A stretch of DNA of 64,000 bases. It comes from Schmidtea polychroa. Lineage: Eukaryota. Below the pieces are notes generated by a model. That model had not been told where the DNA came from, did not search any database, and was given only the letters and a program-made list of their open reading frames with translations. Location of the stretch: contig CM097885.1 of NCBI GenBank assembly GCA_044892525.1, positions 42,782,001 through 42,846,000 on the forward strand, given 5' to 3'. The translations under genes and the position numbers were made by a program. Shown here piece after piece: positions 1-31,850 of this stretch (position 1 is the stretch's first letter; each line of letters begins with the position of its first letter).

Positions 1-237
<237 letters not shown>

Positions 238-301
238 AAATACAATGGAAAATAAATCAGTGGTGAAATTTGAAAAAAAGTTCTTATAATATAATAATAA
301 T

Positions 302-366
<65 letters not shown>

Positions 367-496
367 CAAATTTACCCGTATGCTGATTTTTAATGTTGTA
401 TGAAATAAAATAATTTAATATAGAAAGTGAGAAAGTAGTAGAAACAATAATTTTATATTTACAACTATTTTATCCACCAGATTACAAAAATGCTTT

Positions 497-996
497 NNNN
501 NNNNNNNNNNNNNNNNNNNNNNNNNNNNNNNNNNNNNNNNNNNNNNNNNNNNNNNNNNNNNNNNNNNNNNNNNNNNNNNNNNNNNNNNNNNNNNNNNNNN
601 NNNNNNNNNNNNNNNNNNNNNNNNNNNNNNNNNNNNNNNNNNNNNNNNNNNNNNNNNNNNNNNNNNNNNNNNNNNNNNNNNNNNNNNNNNNNNNNNNNNN
701 NNNNNNNNNNNNNNNNNNNNNNNNNNNNNNNNNNNNNNNNNNNNNNNNNNNNNNNNNNNNNNNNNNNNNNNNNNNNNNNNNNNNNNNNNNNNNNNNNNNN
801 NNNNNNNNNNNNNNNNNNNNNNNNNNNNNNNNNNNNNNNNNNNNNNNNNNNNNNNNNNNNNNNNNNNNNNNNNNNNNNNNNNNNNNNNNNNNNNNNNNNN
901 NNNNNNNNNNNNNNNNNNNNNNNNNNNNNNNNNNNNNNNNNNNNNNNNNNNNNNNNNNNNNNNNNNNNNNNNNNNNNNNNNNNNNNNNNNNNNNNN
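497..996. other. Assembly gap (500 N)
   Basis: Run of N. Confidence 1.
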
Positions 997-1832
997 CGGA
1001 GGACGAAATCCGGTAATTGAAAGCAAAGTTTAATTCACGTATCAGACAAGGTGATTGCCTCTTAGGTTCTCTACCTTAGCGAGCGATATTTATTCAGAGA
1101 GAAAGGTGCAAATCTAGCGACGAATTGTAATTTTGATTGAAGTCTAATAAAGTTATTATGTGTTGGGTTTTTATTCATTTGTTTAAATAAGACCATGAGA
1201 AGTCAGAGAAAACCGACTTGAAAAATAATAACCCAACATTACTAGCAATAAAATATGAGACTCTTCTCCATTTATAAGAGGCTTCGTAGACTAGATAAGG
1301 ACCGGGTGAGGGTGATCACCAGAAGTGACATTTTTAATCTACAGTAGTGAAAAGAAAAGTTGACTTGATAAGATAATATAATGTGAGAGACAATTTTATT
1401 TTGTAATGATTCTTTAATATTTATATTAACTTAATAATTTCACTTATCCCCATGTCTTCCATCCTGATTGGGTGATATCCAGAGAAATGCCATTAAAAGA
1501 TAAACGATCCAATATCAGCGAATATCCTTTGGCTTTCACATCTTAAACTTTTAAATAGATTGAATAAGAATGTAGTATGTGCCCTACAAAACACTTTAAG
1601 AAGTCGCAAAATTTTATTATTAAATAATTACTAAATGAGAGGACGAGGGGGGGGGGTGCGCGATAACTGATAGAAAGTTAAAGTTCACATAAATCTACTT
1701 CTAGATCAAAAAATCAAATTCATTAATGATGCTTCAGAAAATGATTGCTTACCCCACTCCCCTAGGAGTCATTGCTAAATTTTTTAAACTTCATTTTATG
1801 GTCAAATTTCATAAAATTTAATTTATACTCAC

Positions 1833-1981
1833 CCTTCCAACTGATAAATTTCCAAATCATTTCGAAATAATCCTGACGCTTTACGGTAGAGATCAGCGCT
1901 AATCTTTGCCAGAGAAGACAATTGGACTGGGACAAAATGGCAGATGGCCAAGATCAATATTAATTTAGCATTGACATACAT
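1833..1981 (-). CDS. Putative first coding exon of a secreted or membrane protein
   Basis: ATG at 1981 opens MYVNAKLILILAICHFVPVQLSSLAKISADLYRKASGLFRNDLEIYQLE, with a signal-peptide-like start, ending at a consensus GG|GTGAGT donor. No downstream exons identified. Confidence 0.4.
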
Positions 1982-2560
1982 TAATGAAAATTATAATTAA
2001 TTATTCGAGAAATATTAAACTTTGTCACTTAAACTTTGATAAGTTACATGAGAGATGTGTAATTGTTTTAACTAAATCAAATTCGATTCATTATAACAAA
2101 ATATTAAATAACAGATTCAAAATCAACTTTATTAATCAAAACATCACCCGGATATCCGATAAATAATATTAGTAATTTCATTATTGAAAAGTCTTTGATT
2201 GATTCTATTTTGGGCAGTAATGTTGAATCATTTTATCTGAGCTTTACAGGTCTTCGACCATTAATATTGTACATAAATCTCAGTTGTATATCAATAACTG
2301 ACACAAAGTAATGCTTAGCCATTATTTGATTGAAAATAAGAAATTCCAATTCAACCCAATTTAGTTTTCATATGGAACTAAACAACCCATCTAATGGTTT
2401 CTCATATATTAAAAATTCTTTTAAAAATCAACACAAAATTATTTACATATAAAAATAAAAAATTTTCTAATGGTAATAGAATCTATCTATATAATCAAAA
2501 ACTTCATTTATCAGATCAATTAAAAAAATTCAATCAACTAATGTTTTATATTTGTTTTAT

Positions 2561-2812
2561 TTACAATTCTGGACCTTCACCTCCCGGAACAAGAATGGCA
2601 ATATTACTTCCATTCAATAAAATATGATCTAATTTCGCCACCTTTTTACCTTGTGGAGTAAATTCAAATTCAGTAACATCATCCAATACCATATTAACAT
2701 AGTCATCGAAGCCTAATAATGTTCCAACTATTTCAATTTCATCTTTCATTATAATATGGATTCGTGAACCAATGCATTTATCCACTAATTCTAAAGGTAA
2801 AACTGAAGACAT
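2561..2812 (-). CDS. LSM5: U6 snRNA-associated Sm-like protein LSm5, intronless CDS
   Basis: [62 protein letters not shown] is the LSm5 signature over the full length. Confidence 0.97.
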   Translation of the reverse strand: MSSVLPLELVDKCIGSRIHIIMKDEIEIVGTLLGFDDYVNMVLDDVTEFEFTPQGKKVAKLDHILLNGSNIAILVPGGEGPEL

Positions 2813-5800
2813 TTTAAAAAATTGAATAAAATTGATTTGATCGTTATTATTAAAACAACTTTATGAGTTTTGATAAAATTTAATTTAACAAAATAATTGT
2901 AAATGTTTCAAAGTTTCATTTAATATTCTAATTAATGTTTGCAATTAATTTTTTTCCAATTTAATTTATCTGAATTCATGTATTTAAAATGTCTAAAATA
3001 AAATATTACTAAATTGACGCGTAAGGATAATAAAAATTAATATTAAAATTAACTGAATTTTAAATAAATAAGACTTTATATTTTATTTTAATAGTTTATA
3101 GCATTTATCTTTAAATAATTAAATGTGATTTAACAACTTTATTGGTTGCATTATTAAAACTTTTGAGATATTAGAAATTTTAAAAACTTCAATGATTGGT
3201 CTTAACTGGATAATAATAGAAAGTTATAATAATATGTAACAGAATGATATTTTTGTGGAGTTGTAGCCATTGAACAAAATTTATTGTCATGGTTACTTTG
3301 ATGCTGGGGTCATTTCTAAAGTTCAATCTTAATAGTCATATTTTCAATAAAACACATTTTGACCAAATTACATCCGTTGCAAGTGACTTTGTGCTGTGGT
3401 GCTTTGGTGGGACACGAGAGCAAAGTTGAAAACTCCTAGACTTGCTAGGTTACACATTTCTTGTGATCATATTGTGTTAATGAAAATTGACTAAGAAGTC
3501 CCTACTTTATTCTTTTGTATTTAAATCGTTCATAATTTAACATTTGAACCCACTAGTATGATTTTCTAATTTCATTTTTATCAGCTCATTTCCAGTGTTA
3601 ATTATATGATTTTATCAATTAATAATTAAAGTGAAATTTTAGCAAAATTTTATTTTTTTATTTTTCCCATTTAATATGACGAATTTACTGTTGGATTATT
3701 GTTGGATTAGTTTCGAAAAATTGAGACCTTGTTTAAATACGCGGGAAATACATAGAAGGGAAATCTCACTCAATCGAATAAAAATCTATGAAAATGCATC
3801 AAATTATACAAAATAAAGCACACAACACATTGAGGATAAATAAACACGTATACTAAAAACGATAAACACAAGAAGCTGCTATCACCAACATAGTTAATAG
3901 AGAAACAAAGTATTCGTAAATCTGCCAACTAAAAAAGTAGAGAATGATAGATGAAAGAACGAATTAATGAAATAAAAATTAAGAATGACTATTGGTCCTA
4001 TTTCCATAAGAAGGGCCATAATCGAATTAATTAGAAATGTTATGACTCGTATTTCCATCGAAGGAGCTATGAAGAAAAGTGTAGAATTTAAGGAACAAAA
4101 TAAGAAAAATTTATTAAAAAATAATTAAATAATAATTATAAATTTTTTTGATAAGGTCATTCCATATCATGAGACATCATTTAACTGTCCCGAGTAATGG
4201 CCATCGAAAGCGATTTTTCAGCATTGTGAAAATTCGACGGCGCACAACTTGAATTAACCGATGGAAACAACTGCTTCCCAAAAGTGACAAGAATCTTGAT
4301 GAGTTCAGGTAGGATCAAAATCTGGCGATATAACTTAGTATGTTGCAAATATCCTGTCTCGGAGAGTTACAATTTCTAATTTCACATTAACCGAAATGAG
4401 ACAAGTCCCATTCGATAGTAAATAATCACAATGATTTTCTAATGAATATGTTCACAACGAAAACTGCTCAATAACAATCACTAAAAAGATCTAAGAATAA
4501 AATTTTTGAAATGAAAAATAATGTGGACCATTACTAAATAATTACTAAATAACCCAAAAGATACAATAAGCAAACGAATGCATAATGATAAAGCAACTGA
4601 ACCCCAAAATGAAAGTGCAATAAGGCGTAGTTCTAGCAGTGCAGATCACTGGCTTATTGATTTTCAGCAAATGGGTACATTACCAAGCTGGTCTTGCCAT
4701 GGTTACACGGCTTTTAAAAGTAAAATAAACATGAAGGCATTTAGGAAAGAAAAAAATCTTCTAGCAACTCTAAGACATTTAAAGAACACCCCTCCCATTG
4801 GCACCGAGAATTCCATCAAAATTAGATCAGGTTTAATTGAATATAACATATTCTAAATAAAAGGATGGAAAATAAGTCTCTAAACCTTATATTTCCAAAA
4901 TACCTAATCTAAAACTTAAACCAAATGAATAAGAAAGAATAAATTTTATATTTTTTACTAATTTGGTTTCAACTTGGAAGAGTGAGTGGGTGGGTGATAC
5001 TATCAATTTACTGCACTGGGTGACATAAATCAAAGTGATGTCCCTGGAATTGTTTATTTCGCCCTTTTAAGTAAGACAACAAAAAGCATAATACAACTAT
5101 GAGAGGCACTTATGTTTGGCGTGTTTTCAATTTTAGAGAGCCTAGTAGGGACATAAATAAGTTCCAGCGATCTCAAACGCATAAAAAATAATTTACAATC
5201 GACACTTGTCCAGGATCATGTAAAGAGTCTGGAAACGCTATATATTAATTGGGGTATTGCAAAGAAATTAAATTATTCCGAATTACAAAGTGTTTGAATT
5301 CCTAAAGACTCGAAAAACACCTTTTTAATTTACATTTATTTTTGCTTTATGATATTTTGAATTAGACTTTTTATTTTATTTTGGATACATATATTTTTGA
5401 TCAACAAAAACTTGCAAGTTTTCAAATTCTTTTCAGTATATAAAAAGGGCCACATATATTAACTGACCTGGGCCTACAAATGGCTCTTACATATCTCTAA
5501 ATATACTTTTCTCTCATTTTTATATACCAAGCTTTATCATTGTTGCTTAATACTTCGATGGATTCGGAATTTCATTCTTTGTCTTTCTGAATACCATCTA
5601 ATTTTCAATGGTTACATGATTCCTGGTAGTCCTTTGAATGAAATGTCAATGGTGAAGGTTCTCCCTTAACAGTTTATGTGATAGACATTGGCCATTGTTG
5701 ACTATATGGTTTTAAAGGATAAAGTTTTTTTTGAAAAAATATTAATTATTTTCAAGTAATTTTAATTTTAATTAATTCATTCATTTGAATTTTATCAACA

Positions 5801-6011
5801 GATTCGCACATCCAATGGCTGATTAAAATTTTCTATAAATCTTATTTTATCTGAGAATATACAAATCAATTTTAGAGAGAATTATATATTTTTATGCTGC
5901 ATAAAAATATTTATGTCCATGTGAGATGGTCATTAAGGCTTTTTTATTGTTATTTTATGACCATTATTGTTGTCTGAATATTATATATGTGAAATAAAGA
6001 CTATAATCAAT

Positions 6012-6013
<2 letters not shown>

Positions 6014-6082
<69 letters not shown>

Positions 6083-6089
6083 TAATATT

Positions 6090-6168
<79 letters not shown>
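6014..6168. repeat. (AAT)n microsatellite
   Basis: Direct reading. Similar tracts at 162-357, 11621-11762, 11935-12063, 16169-16331, 16550-16760, 44452-44555 and 53590-53985. Confidence 0.95.
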
Positions 6169-6170
<2 letters not shown>

Positions 6171-6871
6171 CACCATTAATCATTTGAAACAACATGATTT
6201 CCTCAATTTAGTTACCATTACAATCAGTGCCGGTACGAGAGCTAGGTAAGCATTGCTTGTGCCTATGGCGCAGTATCTCAAGGTGTGCAGAAAAAATGAT
6301 CATTTTTTAAACAAATTTTGACTGTTTATTAGATATTTTCCTATAATTTATTATAATTTTTAATAAAGAAAATTAATTTATAATAACTGTAGGGATAGGT
6401 AGCTATTTTTGTTGCTCTTTTCAATAAAATATTATTACATAATCATGCATTTATTATTTCACAGTAAAAAATTGATTGGTTTCTTGATGTAAACAATTTT
6501 CTTTGAAACATCGTAAATTTTGTTCTTTGGCTGTTTTACATTTAAAATAACATTTTTAAAAGAAATTTTTGGTCTTAGTTGATAAATGATGCGCCAGTCG
6601 ATAGTGAAATGGTGATATTTTGATAGTATTGAAATAAAAAATTATGTTGTCAGTTAAAACTAAAACTAAATTTCAAGGCCTCACTATAAATGAAGTAATA
6701 AATAATTTAAAATAATAAACTTTTTATGATGAAGACTTTCTGACAAGACAGGCAGTTATAACCCTCAGGACGAGGTTTAAACATTTCTAAAAATCAAAAG
6801 CCTCTAAAATTTTAATTAACTTTTAAAATACTTTTGAAAACATTGAAAACTATTTCAAAATATGTTGTATG

Positions 6872-8938
6872 TTAATCATATATTTCATGTCCATCTCTGA
6901 TGACAGACTCATCACAATAAGTCTCGGGATTACTCAAAGGATTTGAGATGTTAGAACTCTCGTCGAATTTGTCAACAGGAATTTGATTTGAATTTACTGG
7001 CGGGGCCATATAGCCTTGTAAGATGGTACTGCGCATGAAGGTGTTGAAATGATTCAGGTGCCCTTTATCGAGATCGGTCAAGGAAATCGGTTCATAACAG
7101 CTGTTTTTAGGATATCTCAGAGGAATTTTTTTCCGACCAATTGAATTGAAATTATTTCGACCTCGATAATTTTGAATTCCATAACTATCCAGTTTTGTCC
7201 TGACGAATTTATCGTCAGATCTTGATGAAATAAACTTCTTCAAATTGTTGACTTTGTTTTCATTGCTTGTGGTAAGGTACTGATTAATCGACGAGGTAAG
7301 AGAAGGTATTATCCGTTTACTGGCTAATTTTGTTTTAATTTCTTCTGTTGTATGAGCACCATCACACTTCCTATATCTCACTGGAATTTCAATTGGGAAA
7401 TTTCTTTTAGAAATGACATTTACTGATAGGTCTTCTAAGCTTCCTTTTGATGTCTGAGTACTGGCACCTTTCCCAGATGAAGCATGTGCAATTTCTACGG
7501 GACTTGTTTTAATTAATCCTACCGTAAAAGTATACTGATCATTTTTGCTTCTAGTTATTGGGCAGGTGAACTTACTTGCCATTAACGGACTGACTTGAAC
7601 GCTAACATTTTTTAATCTCGAAAGGTCAATGATGGATACATTTATGGAGTTGCTGTCACCACAATGAACATTTTTTAATCTTATCTCATTTGTAAAAGTG
7701 AACATATCGTTTGTTTCAGCGGGATCCTTTTGCACGGCAACCGATTTAACGTCTTTTGCCAGAAGTTGACCGATTAATTGAACAAATCGGGTTTGATTAG
7801 TTTGAAATGTTTCGTATATTGTTTCCATGAGGTTTCTTTGTTCAATGGAATATGTTTCATTGTGCTCGGAGAACCATTCTTTGAAGGATTCATTGTCATT
7901 AACATCGTTATTTTTGGTTATATTGTCGTCTTCGCCAGTTAGTGCTTGTCGTACCTTATTTGGTTCATTTTCCATTTGTAAAATCATTAATTCGGTTTTC
8001 AATTTTCTTTCATTTTCCTGAAGAATCTCTTCCAAGATTTGCAATCTTTCGCTTTCAAAACTGTCATACTCGAATGATTTGTGTTCATGATGACGAACGA
8101 TTTGGTCTTGGAGTTGTAACCTTTCGGAGGTTTGGAAATAGGTTTCATTGAAAATCGGAATGGTTTTGGTTGTTATTTCTTCCATCTCTTCAATCTCCAT
8201 CTCTTCAATGGTTTCTTCTTGCTCATATTCGATATCAACTTGGGTTGATAACATTTTTAATTTGTTAGTATAGGATTTGATTTTTTGTTCATATTTTTTG
8301 ATTAAATTTAAAACATGTTCCTTGTCTGTTGGGATGTCTTCATAATTTTCCGTATTGAGTAGCGGATTAAATTTCTCTGATTGGTAAATCCAAATATTTC
8401 CGGCGCTTATATCATTTTCAATATTTCCGATTGGATTATTATAATCTGTAAATAAATTCAAACAAGTGTTCTTGACTTCCACATTCAAATCTGGGTCTTC
8501 GGGCTTGATATTCTCATCTTTTGATATTTTAGCATATTCTTGGGAGTCCGGACTATTGTCCACGAAGTTCGTGTATTCGTCCAAAAACTTCACCCGTAAA
8601 TCTTTTTCCTTGCTGAAACGAGATGTTTGAGTTTTTGAGTCAATATTATTATGATCCATTGAATCTACCAATATCTGTTGAACTGTTGATGATTTTATCA
8701 ACCTAGACGTGCCAAAGGTTGAAAATTCATCATCACAAGTTAGAGGTTTTATTTCCTTATCATTTCTAGAAGTCCGAAAGTTATTTTCTGGCATCATATT
8801 GTGATCAAAACTATAATTTTCTTTTGGAAGGTTATTTGAAAATTCTGAATTTTGTTTGTTTGAATAGACCGTGAATTTTTTAGAATTCCCATTGCCCCCC
8901 GGCAGTTTGAAATATCGAGCTCTATAGGAATCTTGCAT
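6872..8938 (-). CDS. Hypothetical 688-aa protein (single long exon; acidic coiled-coil-like middle, basic C-terminus)
   Basis: 2-kb stop-free frame in very AT-rich DNA. No recognisable domain. It could be the terminal exon of a larger gene. Confidence 0.75.
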   Translation of the reverse strand: MQDSYRARYFKLPGGNGNSKKFTVYSNKQNSEFSNNLPKENYSFDHNMMPENNFRTSRNDKEIKPLTCDDEFSTFGTSRLIKSSTVQQILVDSMDHNNIDSKTQTSRFSKEKDLRVKFLDEYTNFVDNSPDSQEYAKISKDENIKPEDPDLNVEVKNTCLNLFTDYNNPIGNIENDISAGNIWIYQSEKFNPLLNTENYEDIPTDKEHVLNLIKKYEQKIKSYTNKLKMLSTQVDIEYEQEETIEEMEIEEMEEITTKTIPIFNETYFQTSERLQLQDQIVRHHEHKSFEYDSFESERLQILEEILQENERKLKTELMILQMENEPNKVRQALTGEDDNITKNNDVNDNESFKEWFSEHNETYSIEQRNLMETIYETFQTNQTRFVQLIGQLLAKDVKSVAVQKDPAETNDMFTFTNEIRLKNVHCGDSNSINVSIIDLSRLKNVSVQVSPLMASKFTCPITRSKNDQYTFTVGLIKTSPVEIAHASSGKGASTQTSKGSLEDLSVNVISKRNFPIEIPVRYRKCDGAHTTEEIKTKLASKRIIPSLTSSINQYLTTSNENKVNNLKKFISSRSDDKFVRTKLDSYGIQNYRGRNNFNSIGRKKIPLRYPKNSCYEPISLTDLDKGHLNHFNTFMRSTILQGYMAPPVNSNQIPVDKFDESSNISNPLSNPETYCDESVIRDGHEIYD

Positions 8939-10188
8939 CAGTTTGAGTTAGAATTTCTACTGACAAACTATATAGCAACTAATAAAACAAGATGCGGTAT
9001 GCGGGCCGTAAAATGATCATTAAAACAGATTATTAAAACAAAATCCAACAAAAAATTGAAAAAAGAACAAATGAAAAAAAATACATTTGTAATAATTATT
9101 AGAAATATTTAATTTAGATATTATCGAGGATTTTTATTATAATTTAATATATTCATCCTCTGGATTATATTTTATATTACCTAGAGCCTCTCATAAAGGT
9201 GAAAGGAAAACCCTAATGGAGTCTATCAATACCGAGTGATCTACATCTTGAAGATGGTACCGATTGATACGCAAGGTCACCTTCGGTCATCAATAATTTA
9301 CTCTTTGCAATATTTTTCTCATGAGATTATGTAATCAGGAAAAGGCTTGTGAACAAATTTTGCATCGAATTTTATAAAAATCTTTGAAATTAGAAAAATT
9401 TTGTGTGTAACGGACTTACGACGTACGTATGATGTCGATTATATAATTAAAACATTTAAATTTTATTCATGTATAAAGTAGATTTGAAAATGAAAATGAA
9501 AATAATATTCAGTCAATAACAAAATGGTAACGTAACAGAAATTAAACATGATCCCCCCCTCAGTTATGGACAATGTGGATATCACGTTTTACTTATTTTC
9601 TACAATTTATCGACGTACATTATTGTTGCATTGTACATAATGTCAATAAAATTCAAAAATTAACGCGCGATATTTTATATAAAAAAACAAAATGCGCCAG
9701 AGACTAGGAGGGGGGTATTTAATGAATATTTTTATATGTTATTGTTAGAATTATTAGATTTTTGAGCAATGTTTGTATACAGAAAGAAGGTTAAAAGTTT
9801 AATTTGGGAGAAACATTCTTGTAACTTGCATAAAAAATAGTAGTATAAGGGTACTTAGCCCCTCACTTTTCATTAGCTTATATATCAAGGATATGTTGAA
9901 AATTTTCAAATTTAAGTTTATAATATATGTGAGATAAATCGGGTTAGAGTTATAAATTTATAATATAATATATTAAGTATTATGTGTATGATTACAGTAT
10001 ATTAACATCGCTGAAAATATAAAAATAAATTATTGAATTAGCCAAGTTGTATTGCAAAGTTGTATTTTGTTTAATAATCAATATTGTGAAAATCGTTTGG
10101 TTATTTTGAAAATTGTTATTATGAATAAAAATAAGAATTTGAATAATCTTAATAATATACAAGTTCTTAAATCTTTAGGTCTTGTTAA

Positions 10189-10418
10189 CCACTTAACAGT
10201 CTAATTTTTTTTCGAAAAGATGTCCAAATGTCCACCTACCACCACTCAAAGCGCAACTAGCACATTCGTGTTTTAATTCACTAGCACCCATAAACTAGCA
10301 CGGTTCGTGAAAATCACTCTCTACAAGTAAAAACAGAATTTGCCCGAACGAGTCTCGGGCATGTCACTATGTCACAAAATCAATGCCCGAGTCACGCTCT
10401 TGCAAAACTGTTAAGTGG
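10189..10418. mobile_element. piggyBac-like MITE (230 bp)
   Basis: Terminal inverted repeats CCACTTAACAGT...ACTGTTAAGTGG with TTAA on both sides (10185-10188, 10419-10422). Confidence 0.8.
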
Positions 10419-10864
10419 TTAATATAAATCACTCGCACCTTTAACATCGAGGCTAAAATCATAGAATTTCGACATAACTACCCCTTCTCAATGAAATATG
10501 GACAAATGCAACACAAAATCATGCTGTCATAATTACAGTCGCCGAAACAAAAAACAATTAAATATAGATAATATAAAGATACACAAGTCTTTTCTTTCTT
10601 TATTTATTTGAAATAGAGAGGTAGTGTTCAGTTATTGCAGGCCCCCTCAAAGTACCTCTTATCGTTTCTTTTATACTTCCTAAATTCTTGTCACAATCTA
10701 TTCAAATTTCCAATTTAGTGATATTCCAAAGATCTTTGGTGATAAAATTTCTCAAAAATTCCAAAATATGAAAGAATGATTAATAGATAATCTGTAGCAA
10801 CGGTGGACCTAGCTAAACTATTTCATTTGACCTGAACAATCTCACAATTTTATTTACTCATCCA

Positions 10865-13749
<2,885 letters not shown>

Positions 13750-15125
13750 ACATGATATGAAGCGTATTATTTGAAATAGTTTCTTACATTTATATATTTG
13801 AATAAGATTTTATTTTATAATATTTGGATAAATGTGTTACCACTCTAAATCTACGAGTCTTACTTTAAAATGTATAAAAATAAAGATCAGGAGTCCAATA
13901 TATACTCAACTATTTTTTTATGTAGTCTATCACCTTTTTATATGACTTTCTGTGGGACGCATCCACCGTGTTAGAAAATAGTTGGATGTAGATGAAAATC
14001 TTTGAAGTCACTTACAGCCAAAAGCATCCTTGTTATTAATAGCTCTCTAATCTTTAGTTAAATTGTCAATAACATAACAAATATCAAAAGAGTACGTTGT
14101 ATGTTGTTTGCATATCCGGTCAAACTGATAGGTTGGTAAACGTTTGGACATAACTGTTATCTAAGGCAAATGATTTCTATGATACATAATCTTTTCCACT
14201 AGAGGACACCATATCGTTTACCCCTTGAATCTACCCTTTTTTTCTAAGTTTATCTAAATTTTCCGTTCTTTATAAATCATTTTTATTACTAATAAATATT
14301 TTAAAACATAAACCAACTGTCCCTTTATTAAGAACATCACAGCCTACATTTTACCCTGTTCCCTATGTTGACTCAATTGCTGGTATGTTATATTTCCAAT
14401 GCTTTAACACTACCTAAATATCGTATTTCACAGTCATTATCAAATAAGTTTATATTTTTTATTATATCTTTTATTAACAATGTTATCGTTTTGTATCTTA
14501 GCCGAAGACAACAAATTCAATAATCAATATTTATTTGCCAATTAGATAAACAAAGATTGCTGGCGATTTCCTAAATAATTGTTATTGATTCCGATAATAA
14601 ATGTTCACATGTATTTGTTTGATATTCACATTAAATATATGGATATTTTTATTATTTATTTATTTATTTTAATTAATAATTAAATAAGAATAGTAAATAA
14701 ATTTTGTTTATTTCCGGACAAATAATTCACAGAAACTAACTTAGAAAAAATAAATATTTAGATGGCTCAACTTAGTAGATTAGAAGACAACTTATTTCTG
14801 TTTTATATTTGATTTTAGAGAGACAAATAATTTATTCAGTTAAAATGAGAGCGAATTTCTCATAAAGAATGTTTAATTCTGGCTGTTACCCTTATTCTCA
14901 TTCCTTGCTGATCACACTGAAAGCCCTGTACTATCTAGATCGTACTCTCTTTGACCTTATGCTCTCAGATCCTAATCACAAATACCTTACAGATGGAGTT
15001 CCCATAAAATTATTTATTAGTAATAATTCAATATATTTAAACAAAAACAAGTGTATATTATTTTGTCTTTCGAATGTTGGTTTATATATTCTATATACAT
15101 TAGGTTTATCCGTAATAAGGAATTA

Positions 15126-30369
<15,244 letters not shown>

Positions 30370-30949
30370 TGAGATTTGATCTGAAATTCTAGATATTACG
30401 ACGTTATGAATTTCAATAACTATTAAATTGTTTTACTGGAGTTGCAGATTTTTATGAACTTGGACTGATTTGGTTGGTTTAAATGTTACATTTTCGTTTG
30501 TCGTGATACATTATTTCACAATTGTTTATTTATTTATTTACTTATTTATCTCTGTCGGACTGAATATATGATCTCATTATCTCCATGTCAGTATATATAA
30601 TCACCTTAGTTAATGCTGAAGTGGCGAAATTAGCAAAGGGTACACATAAAGCATAAAGTGCATATATTATAAAGGGTACACATAAAGCATAAAGTGAAAT
30701 TTCATATTTTTCAACAGAATTTCCATTCACATGAATGCATATGTTACGGTCTCGATATTTGAGAGTTTCAATCTAACTGGTTCTTATATAAAATAACTAA
30801 GAAAAGACTTCATTAAATAAGATATTTTCAATAACAAAATTTACAGCTCATTTTAATTCGAATATAAAAGCAATGATAGTAGGTAGTTAGTAGCCCTATG
30901 CAGCACGACCATCCGGTACCCAGGGGAGGGGGGGGGGGTTGCTACAGTA

Positions 30950-31275
30950 ATTTATTTTGCTCAATGGTTACGTAATTGCTGCAGAGAGCTACACTTATTT
31001 TTTTCTGGAATTTTCAAAACAAAAAAGGGCCTATATAAAAAAGCCAGGTTTTTTCTGACTATAGTGAGGGGTTTTGATGGATCCTGGGATTTTCAATACA
31101 AATATCAGTCTTCGCTAAAAGAGCATGAAATTTTCTAAGTATAATTATGGTCCTGGGATTTTCAATACAAAAAGGGTCCTTAATGAAAAAGCATGGTAAT
31201 TTAAGGATAAATAGGTAAATTAAGGTCTATATTATTAAATTAAAGTAGAACTTTAAAATAAGTAAATTAAAGTAA
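30950..31275 (+). repeat. Dispersed repeat; inverted copy at ~42537-42920
   Basis: ctgactatagtgagggg..gatcctgggattttcaataca here versus tgtattgaaaatcccaggatc..cccctcactatagtcag at 42781-42826. Confidence 0.8.
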
Positions 31276-31372
31276 AATCAAAACAATCTGGAGTCTACAA
31301 TTTAGTCTTTTGAGAATTAAATTAAATTATACATCAAATTGACGATTTCTTTATTTAATTAATTTATTTTTA

Positions 31373-31436
<64 letters not shown>

Positions 31437-31440
<4 letters not shown>

Positions 31441-31850
31441 AGATTAGAAAAGAATTAATCACACAAAAACCCTTTTAACAAAATATTAATTTAATTTTGT
31501 TTAAATAATTAAGAATTGTGATAGAATAAATATTTGAATTTTGTTAAATCATTATGTTAAATCATAACATTGGCGACCACGCGGTAATTCGACAATTGTA
31601 ATTGCATAATTAAATTTGTTTTAATATACAGATTTTGTGATATATCATGGACAAGATGATACCTATTTTCAATGGAGAAGGTGAGGTTCAACAGTGGATT
31701 CAGAAAGTGAAGCTAGTGGCAAAACTTCAAAGAATCGTGGAGTTGGAATCAATAATTCCTTTATATCTAGATGGACCAGCTTTTGCAGTGTATCAGCATT
31801 TGAGCACGGAAGACAAAGGCAACGCATTGAAGATCGAACATGTCTTAATC
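31437..31850 (+). mobile_element. 5' end of a gypsy-type LTR retrotransposon (short LTR, PBS, truncated gag)
   Basis: TGTG...AACA (31437-31569) followed by PBS-like TGGCGACC. The gag-like ORF IPIFNGEGEVQQWIQKVKLVAKLQ..IIPLYLDGPAFAVY is cut at 31850 by the hAT element. Confidence 0.7.

Noticed and set aside
415..1026. ORFs spanning the N run
   Set aside because: Artefacts of the assembly gap.
1161..1238. TGTTGGGTT...AACCCAACA short inverted ends (LTR-like)
   Set aside because: Only 78 bp, no TSD and next to a gap; cannot be classified.
4150..5050. Possible decayed hAT transposase and ORF 4578-4856
   Set aside because: Only faint motifs (FDG..SGQLN); boundaries and frame are not supportable.
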